From a candidate division WOR-3 bacterium (GTDB lineage: Bacteria > Hydrothermota > Hydrothermia > LBFQ01), in contig JBDRWW010000002.1 of the NCBI GenBank assembly GCA_039802605.1, positions 96,001 to 160,000 of the forward strand: DNA of 64,000 nucleotides, given 5' to 3'. The number at the start of each line of letters is the position of its first letter. Within the stretch, counting starts at the first letter, position 1. Below the pieces are notes generated by a model, which saw nothing but the letters and a program-made list of their open reading frames with translations, did not search any database and had not been told where the DNA came from. Below are positions 32,111-42,146 of this stretch, one piece after another. The translations under genes were made by a program, and so were the position numbers.

Positions 32111-33571
32111 ATGCTCAGCCTGATAGTTTTCTTCCCCTTATTGGCCGCAATACCCGTATTATTCTTTGATCCCTCGTGGAACAGGAGGGTATGGGCTTAT
32201 GGAACCGTGGTCGCACTTTTTGAATTCGTTTTATCCCTCTTTCTCGTGTATTATTTTGATTTCGGAAGGGCTTCGGAATTTCAGTTTTTGGAAAAATATG
32301 TTTTCTTGGGTTTAGAAAACGCCCCGTATTATGTGGGAATAGACGGATTGGCCTTAGTGCTAATAGTTTTAACCACATTCCTAACCTTTCTCGGTATAGT
32401 TTCTTCTTACAACTACATCAAACATCAGATAAGGGAATATGTAGTTTCAATGCTCGTACTTGAAACGGCCATGTTGGGAGTGTTCGCAAGTTTAAACCTT
32501 ATACAATTCTTCATATTTTGGGAGGCTCAGTTAATACCCATGTTTATCCTCATAGCCTTGTGGGGACACGAAAACAGGGTTTATGCGGCCTTTAAGTTCC
32601 TTATATATACCGCCATAGGCTCCGTACCGATGTTGGTGGCCCTTATATGGCTGTTTTTGAACTATGGAACCTTTGATTACACATATCTCGTCAATGAAAC
32701 CCCAAAACTCGCCTTATATACGCAGAATTTGTTGTTTTTGGCCTTTTCATTTGGATTTGCGATAAAGGTTCCCATGTTTCCATTCCATACCTGGCTTCCC
32801 GATGCCCATGTTGAGGCCCCCACGGCTGGCTCCGTAATCCTCGCCGGCATTCTTTTAAAGATGGGTGTATTCGGCTTTATGAGGTATTCCATTCCAATGT
32901 TTCCAGATGCCTTTGAAACCTTCCGCACCCTTATAGCCGTCTTGGCGATCATTGGAATAATATACGGAGGTCTTATGGCATGGGTGCAGTCCGATATGAA
33001 AAAACTCGTAGCATACTCATCCGTAGCCCATATGGGTTTTGCGATGCTGGGGTTGGCATCCGGAAATCCGATCGGTTTTCAGGGTGCGGTAATAGTTATG
33101 ATAAGCCACGGTTTGGTGACGGGGGCGTTGTTCTTTTTGGTCGGGATGCTTTACGAGAGGAGGCATACAAGGCTTATAAGGGAGTATTCGGGTATAGGGA
33201 AGTCCGTACCCAATTTATCCACATTCTTTGTAATAATGTCGTTGGCATCCATCGGTTTGCCCGGGCTTTCCGGATTTGTCGGGGAGTTTATGTGTTTAAT
33301 GGGTGCATACCAATACGATCCTTTGTGGGGTTATTTTGCGGTTCCGGGTGTAATAGTGGCGGCCGTTTATATGCTCTCACTGGTTAAAAGGGTTATATTT
33401 GGGGAATTGGACCCCGAGAGCGCAAAAATGCCGGATCTATCGTATAGGGAACTGTTTATACTCGTATTGCTTATAATCTTTGTTATTTGGATAGGCGTTT
33501 ATCCCAAAACATTTTTAGATTTTACAAACGGCGTATCCGAAACCCTTTACACCATCCTCTATATGAAATGA
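32111..33571 (+). CDS. nuoM: NADH-quinone oxidoreductase subunit M
   Basis: FWE..LIPM, KVPMFPFHTWLPDAHVEAP, LLKMG, AYSSVAHMG, GFVGE. Confidence 0.9.
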   Translation: MLSLIVFFPLLAAIPVLFFDPSWNRRVWAYGTVVALFEFVLSLFLVYYFDFGRASEFQFLEKYVFLGLENAPYYVGIDGLALVLIVLTTFLTFLGIVSSYNYIKHQIREYVVSMLVLETAMLGVFASLNLIQFFIFWEAQLIPMFILIALWGHENRVYAAFKFLIYTAIGSVPMLVALIWLFLNYGTFDYTYLVNETPKLALYTQNLLFLAFSFGFAIKVPMFPFHTWLPDAHVEAPTAGSVILAGILLKMGVFGFMRYSIPMFPDAFETFRTLIAVLAIIGIIYGGLMAWVQSDMKKLVAYSSVAHMGFAMLGLASGNPIGFQGAVIVMISHGLVTGALFFLVGMLYERRHTRLIREYSGIGKSVPNLSTFFVIMSLASIGLPGLSGFVGEFMCLMGAYQYDPLWGYFAVPGVIVAAVYMLSLVKRVIFGELDPESAKMPDLSYRELFILVLLIIFVIWIGVYPKTFLDFTNGVSETLYTILYMK

Positions 33572-34302
33572 ACCCCTTTGAGGCTCAGGCCTATATAATG
33601 GGGAATATAAAAAAAACCGAAGAGATGGAGATACCTTTGGGTGAAGCCTTGGGTTTTTATACATCAAAACCCGTAATTTCAAGCGATGGGAGTATAGTCC
33701 TTGAAAAGGGGGAGAGGATAGATAGCAGGAGGTTGATATTTGCAAGGATGTTTAACATTAAAAGGTTAAGCGTTCATAGGAAACCCGTAGTTCGTATAGA
33801 TTTGGAAGACGATAATATAAGGAAACTTTTAACCCTTATAGTCGTTGAAGAGGGTTTTAAGTTGGGATACGGTAAAGTGGATTTCATAATAACCTCCAAC
33901 AAGCCCCAAAAGGTGGAGTTTTTGGTTTCAAAGGTGGAACAAAAACCCGCCTCAAACCTCGCCTTTTTTGTGGACAATCAAGGAACGGCCGGGTTTTATA
34001 TAGGTGGCTCTATACCGGATATAATAGTAGCCACATATGTCTTTATACTTCCGGCATTGAGATCCGCCTTCGGTTCGGCAAATCCTTATCAGAAAAAGAT
34101 GTATTTACCGTCGGCAAATTCATACCAAAGAACCCTTGGAGGCAAAAGCCTTTTTTTACCCGCAAGGATAACGGATGATAGTTTGGTTGAAATCCTAAAT
34201 CCAGATGAAGAGAACTACCTTTTATGCGATGCTTTAATACATATAACACCGGATATGTTTGGAATTCAGGAAGAACAGGAAATAGAGGTTTATCTCTTAT
34301 AA
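33568..34302 (+). CDS. Truncated/degenerate MoeA-like protein
   Basis: E.IPL.EALG...S, L.KGERI, V.QKP, F.PA, DALI..; much shorter than MoeA; ATG 33568 overlaps nuoM stop. Confidence 0.5.
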   Translation: MNPFEAQAYIMGNIKKTEEMEIPLGEALGFYTSKPVISSDGSIVLEKGERIDSRRLIFARMFNIKRLSVHRKPVVRIDLEDDNIRKLLTLIVVEEGFKLGYGKVDFIITSNKPQKVEFLVSKVEQKPASNLAFFVDNQGTAGFYIGGSIPDIIVATYVFILPALRSAFGSANPYQKKMYLPSANSYQRTLGGKSLFLPARITDDSLVEILNPDEENYLLCDALIHITPDMFGIQEEQEIEVYLL

Positions 34303-34856
34303 TGAAAAAACGCATAATTTTGGTAATATCATCCCCTTCGGGTGGTGGTAAAACTACGATAGCAAGGGAATTAAAAAGGTTTGGTTTTGAACACATAACG
34401 ACGGCAACCACGAGGCCGAAAAGACCCAATGAATGGGAAGGGGTGGATTATTACTTTGTTAGTAGGGAAACATTTATCAAATGGATTGATGAGGGTAAAT
34501 TGTTTGAATGGGCGGAGATTTATGGGAACTACTACGGTGTTCCAAAAGAAAACCTTTATAAAAACCTTGAAATGGGGAAAAATGTGGTTTTAACCCTTGA
34601 TGTAAACGGTAAAAGGGCATTGGAGAGGGTTTTTAAGGGGGATAATAATTACAGGTTTATAAGCGTTTTCCTTATTCCACCTTCCTTAGAGGAACTGGAA
34701 AGGAGGCTTAAAGAGAGGGGGGAAAGCGGTGAAAGGTTAAAGCTGCGATTGTCAAAGGCCAAAGAGGAAATGGATTATGCAGGGGAATACGATTATAAAC
34801 TAATAAACGACAGGGTGGATAGGGTGGTAAGGTTTATCCTGTGTAAAATTATATAA
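34302..34856 (+). CDS. gmk: Guanylate kinase
   Basis: SSPSGGGKTT, TTRPKR..E..GVDYYF, GNYYG, PPS.EEL..RL..RG. Confidence 0.95.
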   Translation: MKKRIILVISSPSGGGKTTIARELKRFGFEHITTATTRPKRPNEWEGVDYYFVSRETFIKWIDEGKLFEWAEIYGNYYGVPKENLYKNLEMGKNVVLTLDVNGKRALERVFKGDNNYRFISVFLIPPSLEELERRLKERGESGERLKLRLSKAKEEMDYAGEYDYKLINDRVDRVVRFILCKII

Positions 34857-36354
34857 ACTTCTTGGCGTTTTCCTCTATAAGCCCCTTTATCCTTTTGGCG
34901 TTTTCTATATACCTATCCCTATCGTTCCAACCGTTTATAGGCATTAAAATCTTATCGGGAATACCATCAACCCTCTTGGGTATCAAGAAGCCAAATATTT
35001 CATCCCTTACAAACTCCCGTATTTCACCCTTTAAGGCCGCCGAAATCAACCTACGGGTATAATTTATGTCTATCCTATGCCCAACACCGTAAGGTCCCTC
35101 TATCCACCCCGTATTTACCAACCAAACATTTACATTATGCTCTTTAACCTTCTCCACAAGCATATTGGCATAGACTTTTGGATTCAATGGTAAAAACGGG
35201 GCCCCGAAACAGGCGGAGAATGTCGGTTGGGGTTCGTTTATACCCCTTTCCGTTCCCGCTATTTTTGAAGTATATCCCGCTAAGAAATATGTTCTTATCT
35301 GCTCCGGTTCAAGTTTTGCTATTGGGGGTAATACGCCGTACGCGTCAAGGGCCAAAAAGAATATATTTTTTGGATGCCCTCCCCTACCCTCGGGAACTAT
35401 GTTATCCAAAAAGTTTATAGGGTAGGAAGACCTGGTATTCTCGGTCTTTTCTGCGGAATCAAAATCAACCTCCCTTGTATAGGGGTCAAAAACAACGTTT
35501 TCCAATATTGTACCAAACCTTGTGGATGCCTTATATATTCCCTCTTCCTTTTCGGGATTTATCCTTATAACCTTTGCATAACACCCGCCTTCAAAGTTAA
35601 AAACCCCATCTTCCGCCCATCCGTGCTCGTCATCCCCTATTAAAGGCCTTTCCGGATCGGTTGAAAGGGATGTTTTTCCGGTACCGGATAAGCCGAAGAA
35701 AAGGGCAACATCCCCTTCCTTTCCCATGTTGGCCCCGCAATGCATGGATAACACGCCGTTTAGGGGATAGTAATAGTTTAAAAACGTGAAAACGGACTTT
35801 TTTATCTCGCCGGCGTACGGAGTACCCCCTATTATTATCTCACCTTTTGTAAGGTTTAGGATTATGAAAACCTCACTCCTTGTACCATCCTCTTCGGGTT
35901 TGGCCTTTAAGAATGGTGCATGGTAGATTTTTATAAAGGGTTGGAAATCTCTCAACTCTTCCTTCTTAGGCCTTATGAACATATTCCTTGCAAAAAGGGC
36001 ATGCCAAGGACTTTCGGTTATAACCCGAACACCGAGTTTGTAATTGGGATGGTTCCCCACAAAGAGGTTTTCAACATACACCTCCCTTTCGGACAAATAA
36101 TTTATGACCTTTTCCTTTAACCTCTCAAACCTATCCGGGTCAAAAGGTTGATTCAAATCTCCCCACCATACAAGGTTTTCGGTATTTTCATCCCTAACGA
36201 CGAATTTGTCTTTCGGAGACCTACCGGTATAGGGTGTGGTATCCACTATTAAAGCCCCGTTGTTTGCGAGGTATCCCAACCCCTTCCTTATGGTCTCTTC
36301 GTAGAGCAAGGCCTCCTTTAAATCTTCATAAACCTCCTTAAATGCGCTTATCAT
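34849..36354 (-). CDS. pckA: Phosphoenolpyruvate carboxykinase (ATP)
   Basis: TGRSPKDK, YAGEIKK, GLSGTGKT, IGDDEHGW, NFEGGCYAK. Confidence 0.96.
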   Translation of the reverse strand: MISAFKEVYEDLKEALLYEETIRKGLGYLANNGALIVDTTPYTGRSPKDKFVVRDENTENLVWWGDLNQPFDPDRFERLKEKVINYLSEREVYVENLFVGNHPNYKLGVRVITESPWHALFARNMFIRPKKEELRDFQPFIKIYHAPFLKAKPEEDGTRSEVFIILNLTKGEIIIGGTPYAGEIKKSVFTFLNYYYPLNGVLSMHCGANMGKEGDVALFFGLSGTGKTSLSTDPERPLIGDDEHGWAEDGVFNFEGGCYAKVIRINPEKEEGIYKASTRFGTILENVVFDPYTREVDFDSAEKTENTRSSYPINFLDNIVPEGRGGHPKNIFFLALDAYGVLPPIAKLEPEQIRTYFLAGYTSKIAGTERGINEPQPTFSACFGAPFLPLNPKVYANMLVEKVKEHNVNVWLVNTGWIEGPYGVGHRIDINYTRRLISAALKGEIREFVRDEIFGFLIPKRVDGIPDKILMPINGWNDRDRYIENAKRIKGLIEENAKKFI

Positions 36355-36381
36355 AAGTTGTGTATTTTACGGATGATTACA

Positions 36382-37728
36382 CTACAATTTTTCCCAATCT
36401 TTACGAATGCTTTCAAATATATCCATCAACTTCCTCTCTTCAATTTTCCTAACCTGAACATTTACTTCCTTTACCCCAAAGGCTTCTTTTAAAAGCTCCA
36501 AACCGTTCTCTATTTTATTTTTAACCACATTATCCGGAGCGACAATTTTTAAAACCCCATCCTCAACGGAATAATTACAACCCTCTAAGTATGCGGCCAA
36601 AGAGGGGCTTTTGCCCCTCAACACCTCTAAGGGTTCCAAATTTACGGGTTCCGCTTTTGTTTCCTTCCCTTCATATTCCGGAATACCGAATAACTTACTA
36701 ACCTCGTTTATATTAACCACCCTCTTAAAGGAACACATTCTCGCAAGGTCATACACTATCCAGGAGTGTGGGGAAAATGTATCCCTTAAATGGTATTCCA
36801 TATCCAGGGCCATCCTCAAAAGTATAGTCTTTTCCTCAAAGGTCAAATTTTCATCCCTTCTTAACAACGATTCTTCCAAAAACTTTACAAAACCGCTTGC
36901 AAACTCTTGGGGTGAGAACTCCTCTAAAATTTTATCAACCTTTGATATTGCGGACTTAAAATCACCCTTTGAAATATCTTCCAAGAGTTGTGAATACCTC
37001 TCATTTGGAACAACCCCAAGCATTTGGGAAACCTCATCCTCGGTTATATGCTTGTCCGAAAATATCGCCGCCTGCTCCAATAAAACGAGGGCATCCCTGA
37101 GGCTTCCCTCAGACCTTTGGGCTATCATGCGTAAAGCCTGATCCGTTGCAAATATACCCTCCTTTGAACAAACCTGTTTTAACCTGCTGACTATTGCGCT
37201 TGTGGAATGAGGTTTTAGGGCAAACTTTTGAAGCCTTGACATAACAGTTGCTGGAATTTTGTTGGGTTCCGTTGTTGCTAAGATAAATACTATATAAGGT
37301 GGCGGTTCTTCAAGGATTTTTAACAAAGAGTTAAAGGCCTCATTTGTTAGCATATGCGCCTCATCTATGATATAAACCTTATACCTCGCCAAAGGTAAAA
37401 ACCTCGCCTGGTTTTGTATCTCCCTTATGTTCTCTATACCGCGATTGGAAGCGGCGTCTATTTCTATAATATCCGGACTTTTACCTTCGTTAAACTCATT
37501 GCAAAATCTACACCTATTACAGGGTTTTGATGTTGGTCCCAATTCGCAGTTTAAACCCTTTGCGAAAAGCCTCGCTATTGTGGTCTTCCCTATACCCCTA
37601 GGTCCGGCCAAAAGGATTGAATGGGGAATTTCCTTTTTATCCAAAGCCCTCATCAAAACTCTAACTATTAACTCTTGACCAACAACCTCCGAAAAATCCT
37701 TTGGCCGGTATTTATTCGCAAGGCTCAT
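36382..37728 (-). CDS. dnaX: DNA polymerase III subunit gamma/tau
   Basis: KYRP..F.EVVGQ, GPRGIGKTT, Zn Cys cluster, EIDAASN, IIDEAHML; start moved to ATG 37728. Confidence 0.95.
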   Translation of the reverse strand: MSLANKYRPKDFSEVVGQELIVRVLMRALDKKEIPHSILLAGPRGIGKTTIARLFAKGLNCELGPTSKPCNRCRFCNEFNEGKSPDIIEIDAASNRGIENIREIQNQARFLPLARYKVYIIDEAHMLTNEAFNSLLKILEEPPPYIVFILATTEPNKIPATVMSRLQKFALKPHSTSAIVSRLKQVCSKEGIFATDQALRMIAQRSEGSLRDALVLLEQAAIFSDKHITEDEVSQMLGVVPNERYSQLLEDISKGDFKSAISKVDKILEEFSPQEFASGFVKFLEESLLRRDENLTFEEKTILLRMALDMEYHLRDTFSPHSWIVYDLARMCSFKRVVNINEVSKLFGIPEYEGKETKAEPVNLEPLEVLRGKSPSLAAYLEGCNYSVEDGVLKIVAPDNVVKNKIENGLELLKEAFGVKEVNVQVRKIEERKLMDIFESIRKDWEKL

Positions 37729-37897
37729 CTTCCTTAAACCCCTCGGCCTCCTCAACCAACAGGATTGGTATATCGTCCTCTATACGGTATTTAAGATTGC
37801 ACTTTGGACATCTCAACTCGTTCATTTTTGGACAATAAACCAGATCCCCTTTACACTTTGGACAAGCGATAACTTCCAAAAGCTCTTTACTCAACAT
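37712..37897 (-). CDS. Trm112/YcaR-family protein
   Basis: LLEVIACPKCKG.L...L.C..C...Y.I.DDIP.LL. Confidence 0.88.
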   Translation of the reverse strand: MLSKELLEVIACPKCKGDLVYCPKMNELRCPKCNLKYRIEDDIPILLVEEAEGFKEDEPCE

Positions 37898-38717
37898 TTT
37901 TCAAATTGGGTAAAATATCAACAAACCTCCTTACCTCATCCTCGGATGAAAACCTAAGCTCCAACGAAAGATACCTTTTAGCCCTTTTTATTTTGGCGTT
38001 TAAACCCTTTTCCTTAATTCTATTGGCTATATCCATTACAAAATCCTCATCGGTATTGGTTTTCTTTTGGGAAGGGGATATAAGGTTTTCCAAATCCCTA
38101 ACGCTTAAATTCTCCTCCACTACCCTCTTAGCCCACATTATCATTTCCGAGGGGGATTTTAACCTCAAAAGGACCCTTGCGTGCCCCTCGCTTATCTTTC
38201 CCTCGGCTAACATATCAAGGACCTCAAGGGGTAGGTTTAAAATCCTCAAAATGTTTGTAATTGCACTCCTACTTTTTCCGATATATTTTGCTATCTCTTC
38301 ATCCGTTAGGTTTAATTCCTCTTTCAGTATCTTTATAGCCCTCGCCCTCTCAACGGGATTCAAGTCCTCCCTTTGCAGGTTTTCAACCAATGAAATCAAT
38401 AAAACCTCTTCATCGGAAAAATCCTTAACTATTGCGGGAATTCTCGTTAAGCCCGCTATTTTTGCCGCCCTCCACCTCCTCTCCCCGGCAACTATTTCGT
38501 ATTTACCATCCTTTTCCCTAACCAAAATGGGCTGCAATACGCCATACCTTTTTATTGATTCCGCCAATTCATATATTTCGTTTTCAGAAAACCTCTTCCT
38601 CGGCTGATTGGGGTTGGGAACTATATCTTCAATTGGAATAAGCCTTTGAATGTCAATATCCTCGTTTATTGAGAGTATTGAGGCCAATCCCTTACCCAAT
38701 CTTCCCGCTCTTTTCAT
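37887..38717 (-). CDS. parB: Chromosome partitioning protein ParB/Spo0J
   Basis: LGKGL, PNPNQPR, GVLQPI, AGERRWRA, ENLQREDL, HTH. Confidence 0.95.
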   Translation of the reverse strand: MKRAGRLGKGLASILSINEDIDIQRLIPIEDIVPNPNQPRKRFSENEIYELAESIKRYGVLQPILVREKDGKYEIVAGERRWRAAKIAGLTRIPAIVKDFSDEEVLLISLVENLQREDLNPVERARAIKILKEELNLTDEEIAKYIGKSRSAITNILRILNLPLEVLDMLAEGKISEGHARVLLRLKSPSEMIMWAKRVVEENLSVRDLENLISPSQKKTNTDEDFVMDIANRIKEKGLNAKIKRAKRYLSLELRFSSEDEVRRFVDILPNLKNVE

Positions 38718-39468
38718 TCTTCAACAATTCAACTATTTCCTTTGCCAAATCCATATACGCATAGGATCCTAGGGAATCTGGGGCATAGAATATGGCCGGA
38801 AGGCCAAAACTCGGAGCCTCGGCCAACTTTATATTTCTCGGTATCACCGTTTTAAAAACCTTATCTTCAAAGTGCTTATATATGTCCTCATAAACCTCTT
38901 GGGAAAGCCTAACCCTCTTATCGTACATAGTAACGAGGATCCCCAATATTCCGAGTTTGGGATTAACAGTCCCCTGAATATACCTGACCGTTTGCAAGAG
39001 TTGTCCCAAACCTTCAAGGGCATAGTATTCCGCCTGAACGGGTATAATTATGTTATCCGCCGCTACCAAGGAGATAACCGTAAGGGTTCCCAAAGATGGG
39101 GGTGTATCTATAATTATCCAGTCGTATTGCAATCCCCTTAAAATTTCCTTTAAGGAGTACTCCCAGTCCTTCTTCCCTTTGAAAACCCCGTCTATACCTA
39201 TGAGGTCGGGAGTAGAGGGTATGCAATCCAAGCCGTTAAACCTCGTCCTGTATATTACGCTTTTTACACTTACATTCCCAACGAGGGCATCGTACAGGTT
39301 TGGTTCCTTCCTATCCAAACCCAAGCCAATGCTCGCGTTCGCCTGGGAATCGGCATCCACAAGTAAAACCCTATAACCCATCAATGCCCAAGCCGCGGCC
39401 AAATTAACCGCCGTTGTCGTTTTCCCAACCCCACCCTTCTGGTTAGTTATCGCTATCTTCACTACCAC
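38692..39468 (-). CDS. parA: Chromosome partitioning ATPase ParA/Soj
   Basis: [35 protein letters not shown]. Confidence 0.95.
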   Translation of the reverse strand: MVVKIAITNQKGGVGKTTTAVNLAAAWALMGYRVLLVDADSQANASIGLGLDRKEPNLYDALVGNVSVKSVIYRTRFNGLDCIPSTPDLIGIDGVFKGKKDWEYSLKEILRGLQYDWIIIDTPPSLGTLTVISLVAADNIIIPVQAEYYALEGLGQLLQTVRYIQGTVNPKLGILGILVTMYDKRVRLSQEVYEDIYKHFEDKVFKTVIPRNIKLAEAPSFGLPAIFYAPDSLGSYAYMDLAKEIVELLKNEKSGKIG

Positions 39469-40343
39469 CCCCTTGTTTGCAGGAGTTCTTTTTCCTCCAA
39501 TTCCCTTATATCTATTCCCCTCATTGGTTCTCCAAGGCCTGCGGATATCCTGGCCAACACCTTAGGGTTATCGTAGTATGCAACGGCCTCAACGATGGCG
39601 GAGGCCATCCTTTCGGGATTCGAGGATTTGAATATTCCGCTACCCACAAAAACCGCCTCCGCACCCAACTGCATCATTAATGCCGCATCCGCGGGGGTTG
39701 CTATGCCGCCCGCTGCAAAGTTTGGTACCGGTAATCTCCCATGCTCTGCGACATATTTTACCAATTCGTAAGGGGCTTGGAGGTTTTTGGCCTCCGCGTA
39801 AAGCTCATCATCCCTCAAAGAGGTTAGCCTCCTTATCTCCTTTTGGATTAACCTCATATGCCTTACGGCCTCAACCACATTTCCCGTACCCGCCTCCCCT
39901 TTTGTCCTTATCATAGCGGCACCCTCTGAAATCCTCCTCAAAGCCTCTCCGAGATTCCTCGCCCCGCAAACAAAGGGAACCTTAAATTTGTGTTTGTCTA
40001 TGTGGTTTTCCTCATCAGCCGGTGTTAAAACCTCACTCTCGTCTATGAAATCAACCCCCAATTCCTCCAATATTTGCGCCTCAACAAAATGCCCTATTCT
40101 TACCTTTGCCATAACCGGGATGCTTACGGCATCCATTATCCTTAGTATTATCTCAGGATCGGCCATCCTAGCGACGCCACCCTGTTTTCTTATATCTGCG
40201 GGAACCCTTTCAAGGGCCATAACGGCAACAGCCCCCGCCCTTTCCGCAATTTTTGCCTGCTCGGGGGAGGTAACATCCATTATAACCCCTCCCTTCAACA
40301 TCTGCGCCAAACCCACCTTTACCCTCCAAGTGCCCGTAATCAT
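39462..40343 (-). CDS. pdxS: Pyridoxal 5'-phosphate synthase lyase subunit
   Basis: [40 protein letters not shown]. Confidence 0.96.
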   Translation of the reverse strand: MITGTWRVKVGLAQMLKGGVIMDVTSPEQAKIAERAGAVAVMALERVPADIRKQGGVARMADPEIILRIMDAVSIPVMAKVRIGHFVEAQILEELGVDFIDESEVLTPADEENHIDKHKFKVPFVCGARNLGEALRRISEGAAMIRTKGEAGTGNVVEAVRHMRLIQKEIRRLTSLRDDELYAEAKNLQAPYELVKYVAEHGRLPVPNFAAGGIATPADAALMMQLGAEAVFVGSGIFKSSNPERMASAIVEAVAYYDNPKVLARISAGLGEPMRGIDIRELEEKELLQTRGW

Positions 40344-40377
40344 AATCGTTGGGTATTTTAAAGTTGAAAACGATTAT

Positions 40378-41151
40378 TTATGCACCCATAGCGGAATACC
40401 TTTTCAAACCCGCCTTCCACACAAGTCTATTAACGATCCAAAAGAACACCGTCCAAGCCAAGAGTATAAAAATCCCCATGGTATCAACCCCTTTACCGGT
40501 TAGTATATTAACCGGCAGGTAAATCATATACGGAAATGGCGTTAGATACGCCAAATCCTTGGCGAATTTTGGGAATACATCAAGGGGGGCAAAGTATCCG
40601 GATAGAAACATGTATATTGCAAAGTTTATATTTTCAAGTTGGCTAACCCTTTCCGTCCAAAAGGCCAAAAATGACAATGTGTATTGTATCAAAAACCTAA
40701 GTATGAATACCAAAATTACCACGGGTATGTATATGAGAATATCAAGCAACTTTGGTACCCAAAAAGCCGACGGATAAATCGCAAAGAATGCCGCTATTAA
40801 CCCCAACATAAAGGGCAACCTTGACAACCTCTCGGATATGTGCTGGGCGATAAACCTCCAAGCGGGATCCAAGGGTTGCAATAAATACGGGGATAAGGTT
40901 CCGTTTAAAACCGCCGATTCAAACTCCCATATAACCCATACAACAACGAGTTCGTGCGTTATAAAAACCGATAAAAAATACCTCGCGAAATCCACCCCGT
41001 CCATTTTCGTAAAGCCCAAGTTTGCGAGTTTTATCCATATACCCATAAGGATGAAGGGCAATATACCCGCAAGCATCCACAAAACTATTTCCGCCCTGTA
41101 TTCAAGCATGTACGCGTAATAAACCCTCGTCAATGTGATAAACTTCCTCAT
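40378..41151 (-). CDS. ABC-2 family transporter permease
   Basis: G.LS.YLLQP, LAFW.E, LSG...PL..FP, TPF.Y....P, GLKRYSAMG. Confidence 0.8.
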   Translation of the reverse strand: MRKFITLTRVYYAYMLEYRAEIVLWMLAGILPFILMGIWIKLANLGFTKMDGVDFARYFLSVFITHELVVVWVIWEFESAVLNGTLSPYLLQPLDPAWRFIAQHISERLSRLPFMLGLIAAFFAIYPSAFWVPKLLDILIYIPVVILVFILRFLIQYTLSFLAFWTERVSQLENINFAIYMFLSGYFAPLDVFPKFAKDLAYLTPFPYMIYLPVNILTGKGVDTMGIFILLAWTVFFWIVNRLVWKAGLKRYSAMGA

Positions 41152-41489
41152 TTAAAAATCTTTGAATAAATCCATCTAAAAGTAAAGGCAAAAACCACAA
41201 AAAAGGCAAACATCACGAATACGAATATTGGTGATATCGTTCGTTGGAGCAGATAAGACCTTATGGTTATTGACCAGGGTATTGTTATAAGGGATGCCAA
41301 GAGTATGCCTTTGGGGTCAAAGGGTTTTTTTATCAAAGAAGACATTTTCGCGGACAACATCCAAAAGGCCAATGTTCCAAAGTATGTTATGAAAAAGCGG
41401 TATATGGCATCAAAGCCGAGGGTTGAGTGAAAAAGAAAGCCCGTCAATACAAATAGGAATATCCAAAAGGCGTCGTATATGTATATCAT
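41148..41489 (-). CDS. Small membrane protein (DUF3054-like)
   Basis: Four TM segments; D.....FV..G...H motif. Confidence 0.55.
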   Translation of the reverse strand: MIYIYDAFWIFLFVLTGFLFHSTLGFDAIYRFFITYFGTLAFWMLSAKMSSLIKKPFDPKGILLASLITIPWSITIRSYLLQRTISPIFVFVMFAFFVVFAFTFRWIYSKIFK

Positions 41490-42097
41490 TTCGGCTTTTG
41501 CCTTATTTTTTCCCTCTCCTCCTTCTTTCTTTGGCCTTCAAAGAATTCCTGTTCCGATTCGGGTCCGTAAAACACATACAAAATCCCCCTTACCATAACC
41601 CCGCTGTTCATGTTTAAGGTTATGGCGGGAACCCCCGATATTTCGGGCATAATCTCAAAACTCCCAAACCTCATGCTAAAAGCCGCCCTTACGGGGAATT
41701 CCAAAACCGGCGCTTGATTTTTTTCCTCACCGGGGAAGGGTAATCCATCATCACCCCAAGAGTAATAACCGCCGAGAATTCCTATACCGAGGTGAAAGGC
41801 AAATCTACCCCCAAACCTCGTGGTCCTTCGCTCGTAAAGTAATCCTCCGCTTGCGTGCCAAAAATTGGATGTGAAACTGTAAGCCCCTCCTCCCAAAATT
41901 GTAAAGTATGCCCTCGGGTCATCCGTGCGGATTATCCTTATTCCCACAAAACCCACGGGAGCGTTGGGATTTTTACCCGTTATAAAATACTCATACCCCG
42001 CCCCAAAAACCACATAACTACCCCTTTTGCTCATCTCTTCGTAATAAATATCTCTATCCTCGTAATCGTACTGCGACAAAAGTAGTGGGATTAGCAT
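41486..42097 (-). CDS. Hypothetical, probable outer-membrane beta-barrel protein
   Basis: Alternating Gly/aromatic beta-strands; short hydrophobic N-terminus. Confidence 0.55.
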   Translation of the reverse strand: MLIPLLLSQYDYEDRDIYYEEMSKRGSYVVFGAGYEYFITGKNPNAPVGFVGIRIIRTDDPRAYFTILGGGAYSFTSNFWHASGGLLYERRTTRFGGRFAFHLGIGILGGYYSWGDDGLPFPGEEKNQAPVLEFPVRAAFSMRFGSFEIMPEISGVPAITLNMNSGVMVRGILYVFYGPESEQEFFEGQRKKEEREKIRQKPK

Positions 42098-42104
42098 AAC
42101 GGGA

Positions 42105-42140
42105 ATTATAAGCCCGTATTAAACTTTCCAAGCGTATAAT
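42105..42140. promoter_or_regulatory. Back-to-back TATAAT boxes
   Basis: - strand 42105-42110 (7 nt to ATG 42097); + strand 42135-42140 (6 nt to ATG 42147). Confidence 0.6.
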
Positions 42141-42146
42141 ATCACG

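Noticed and set aside
36382..37728. dnaX frameshift/slippage site
   Set aside because: No A6G or A9-type run noticed at a plausible position; the protein is already short
37906..38607. Long antisense ORFs (233 aa here; also 51600-52289, 36611-37141, 39988-40503)
   Set aside because: Shadows of conserved genes (parB, lon, dnaX, pdxS), Ser/Phe/Leu-rich with no recognisable motifs
36000..41000. parS site near parAB
   Set aside because: No TGTTTCACGTGAAACA-like palindrome found by eye; a motif scan would be needed
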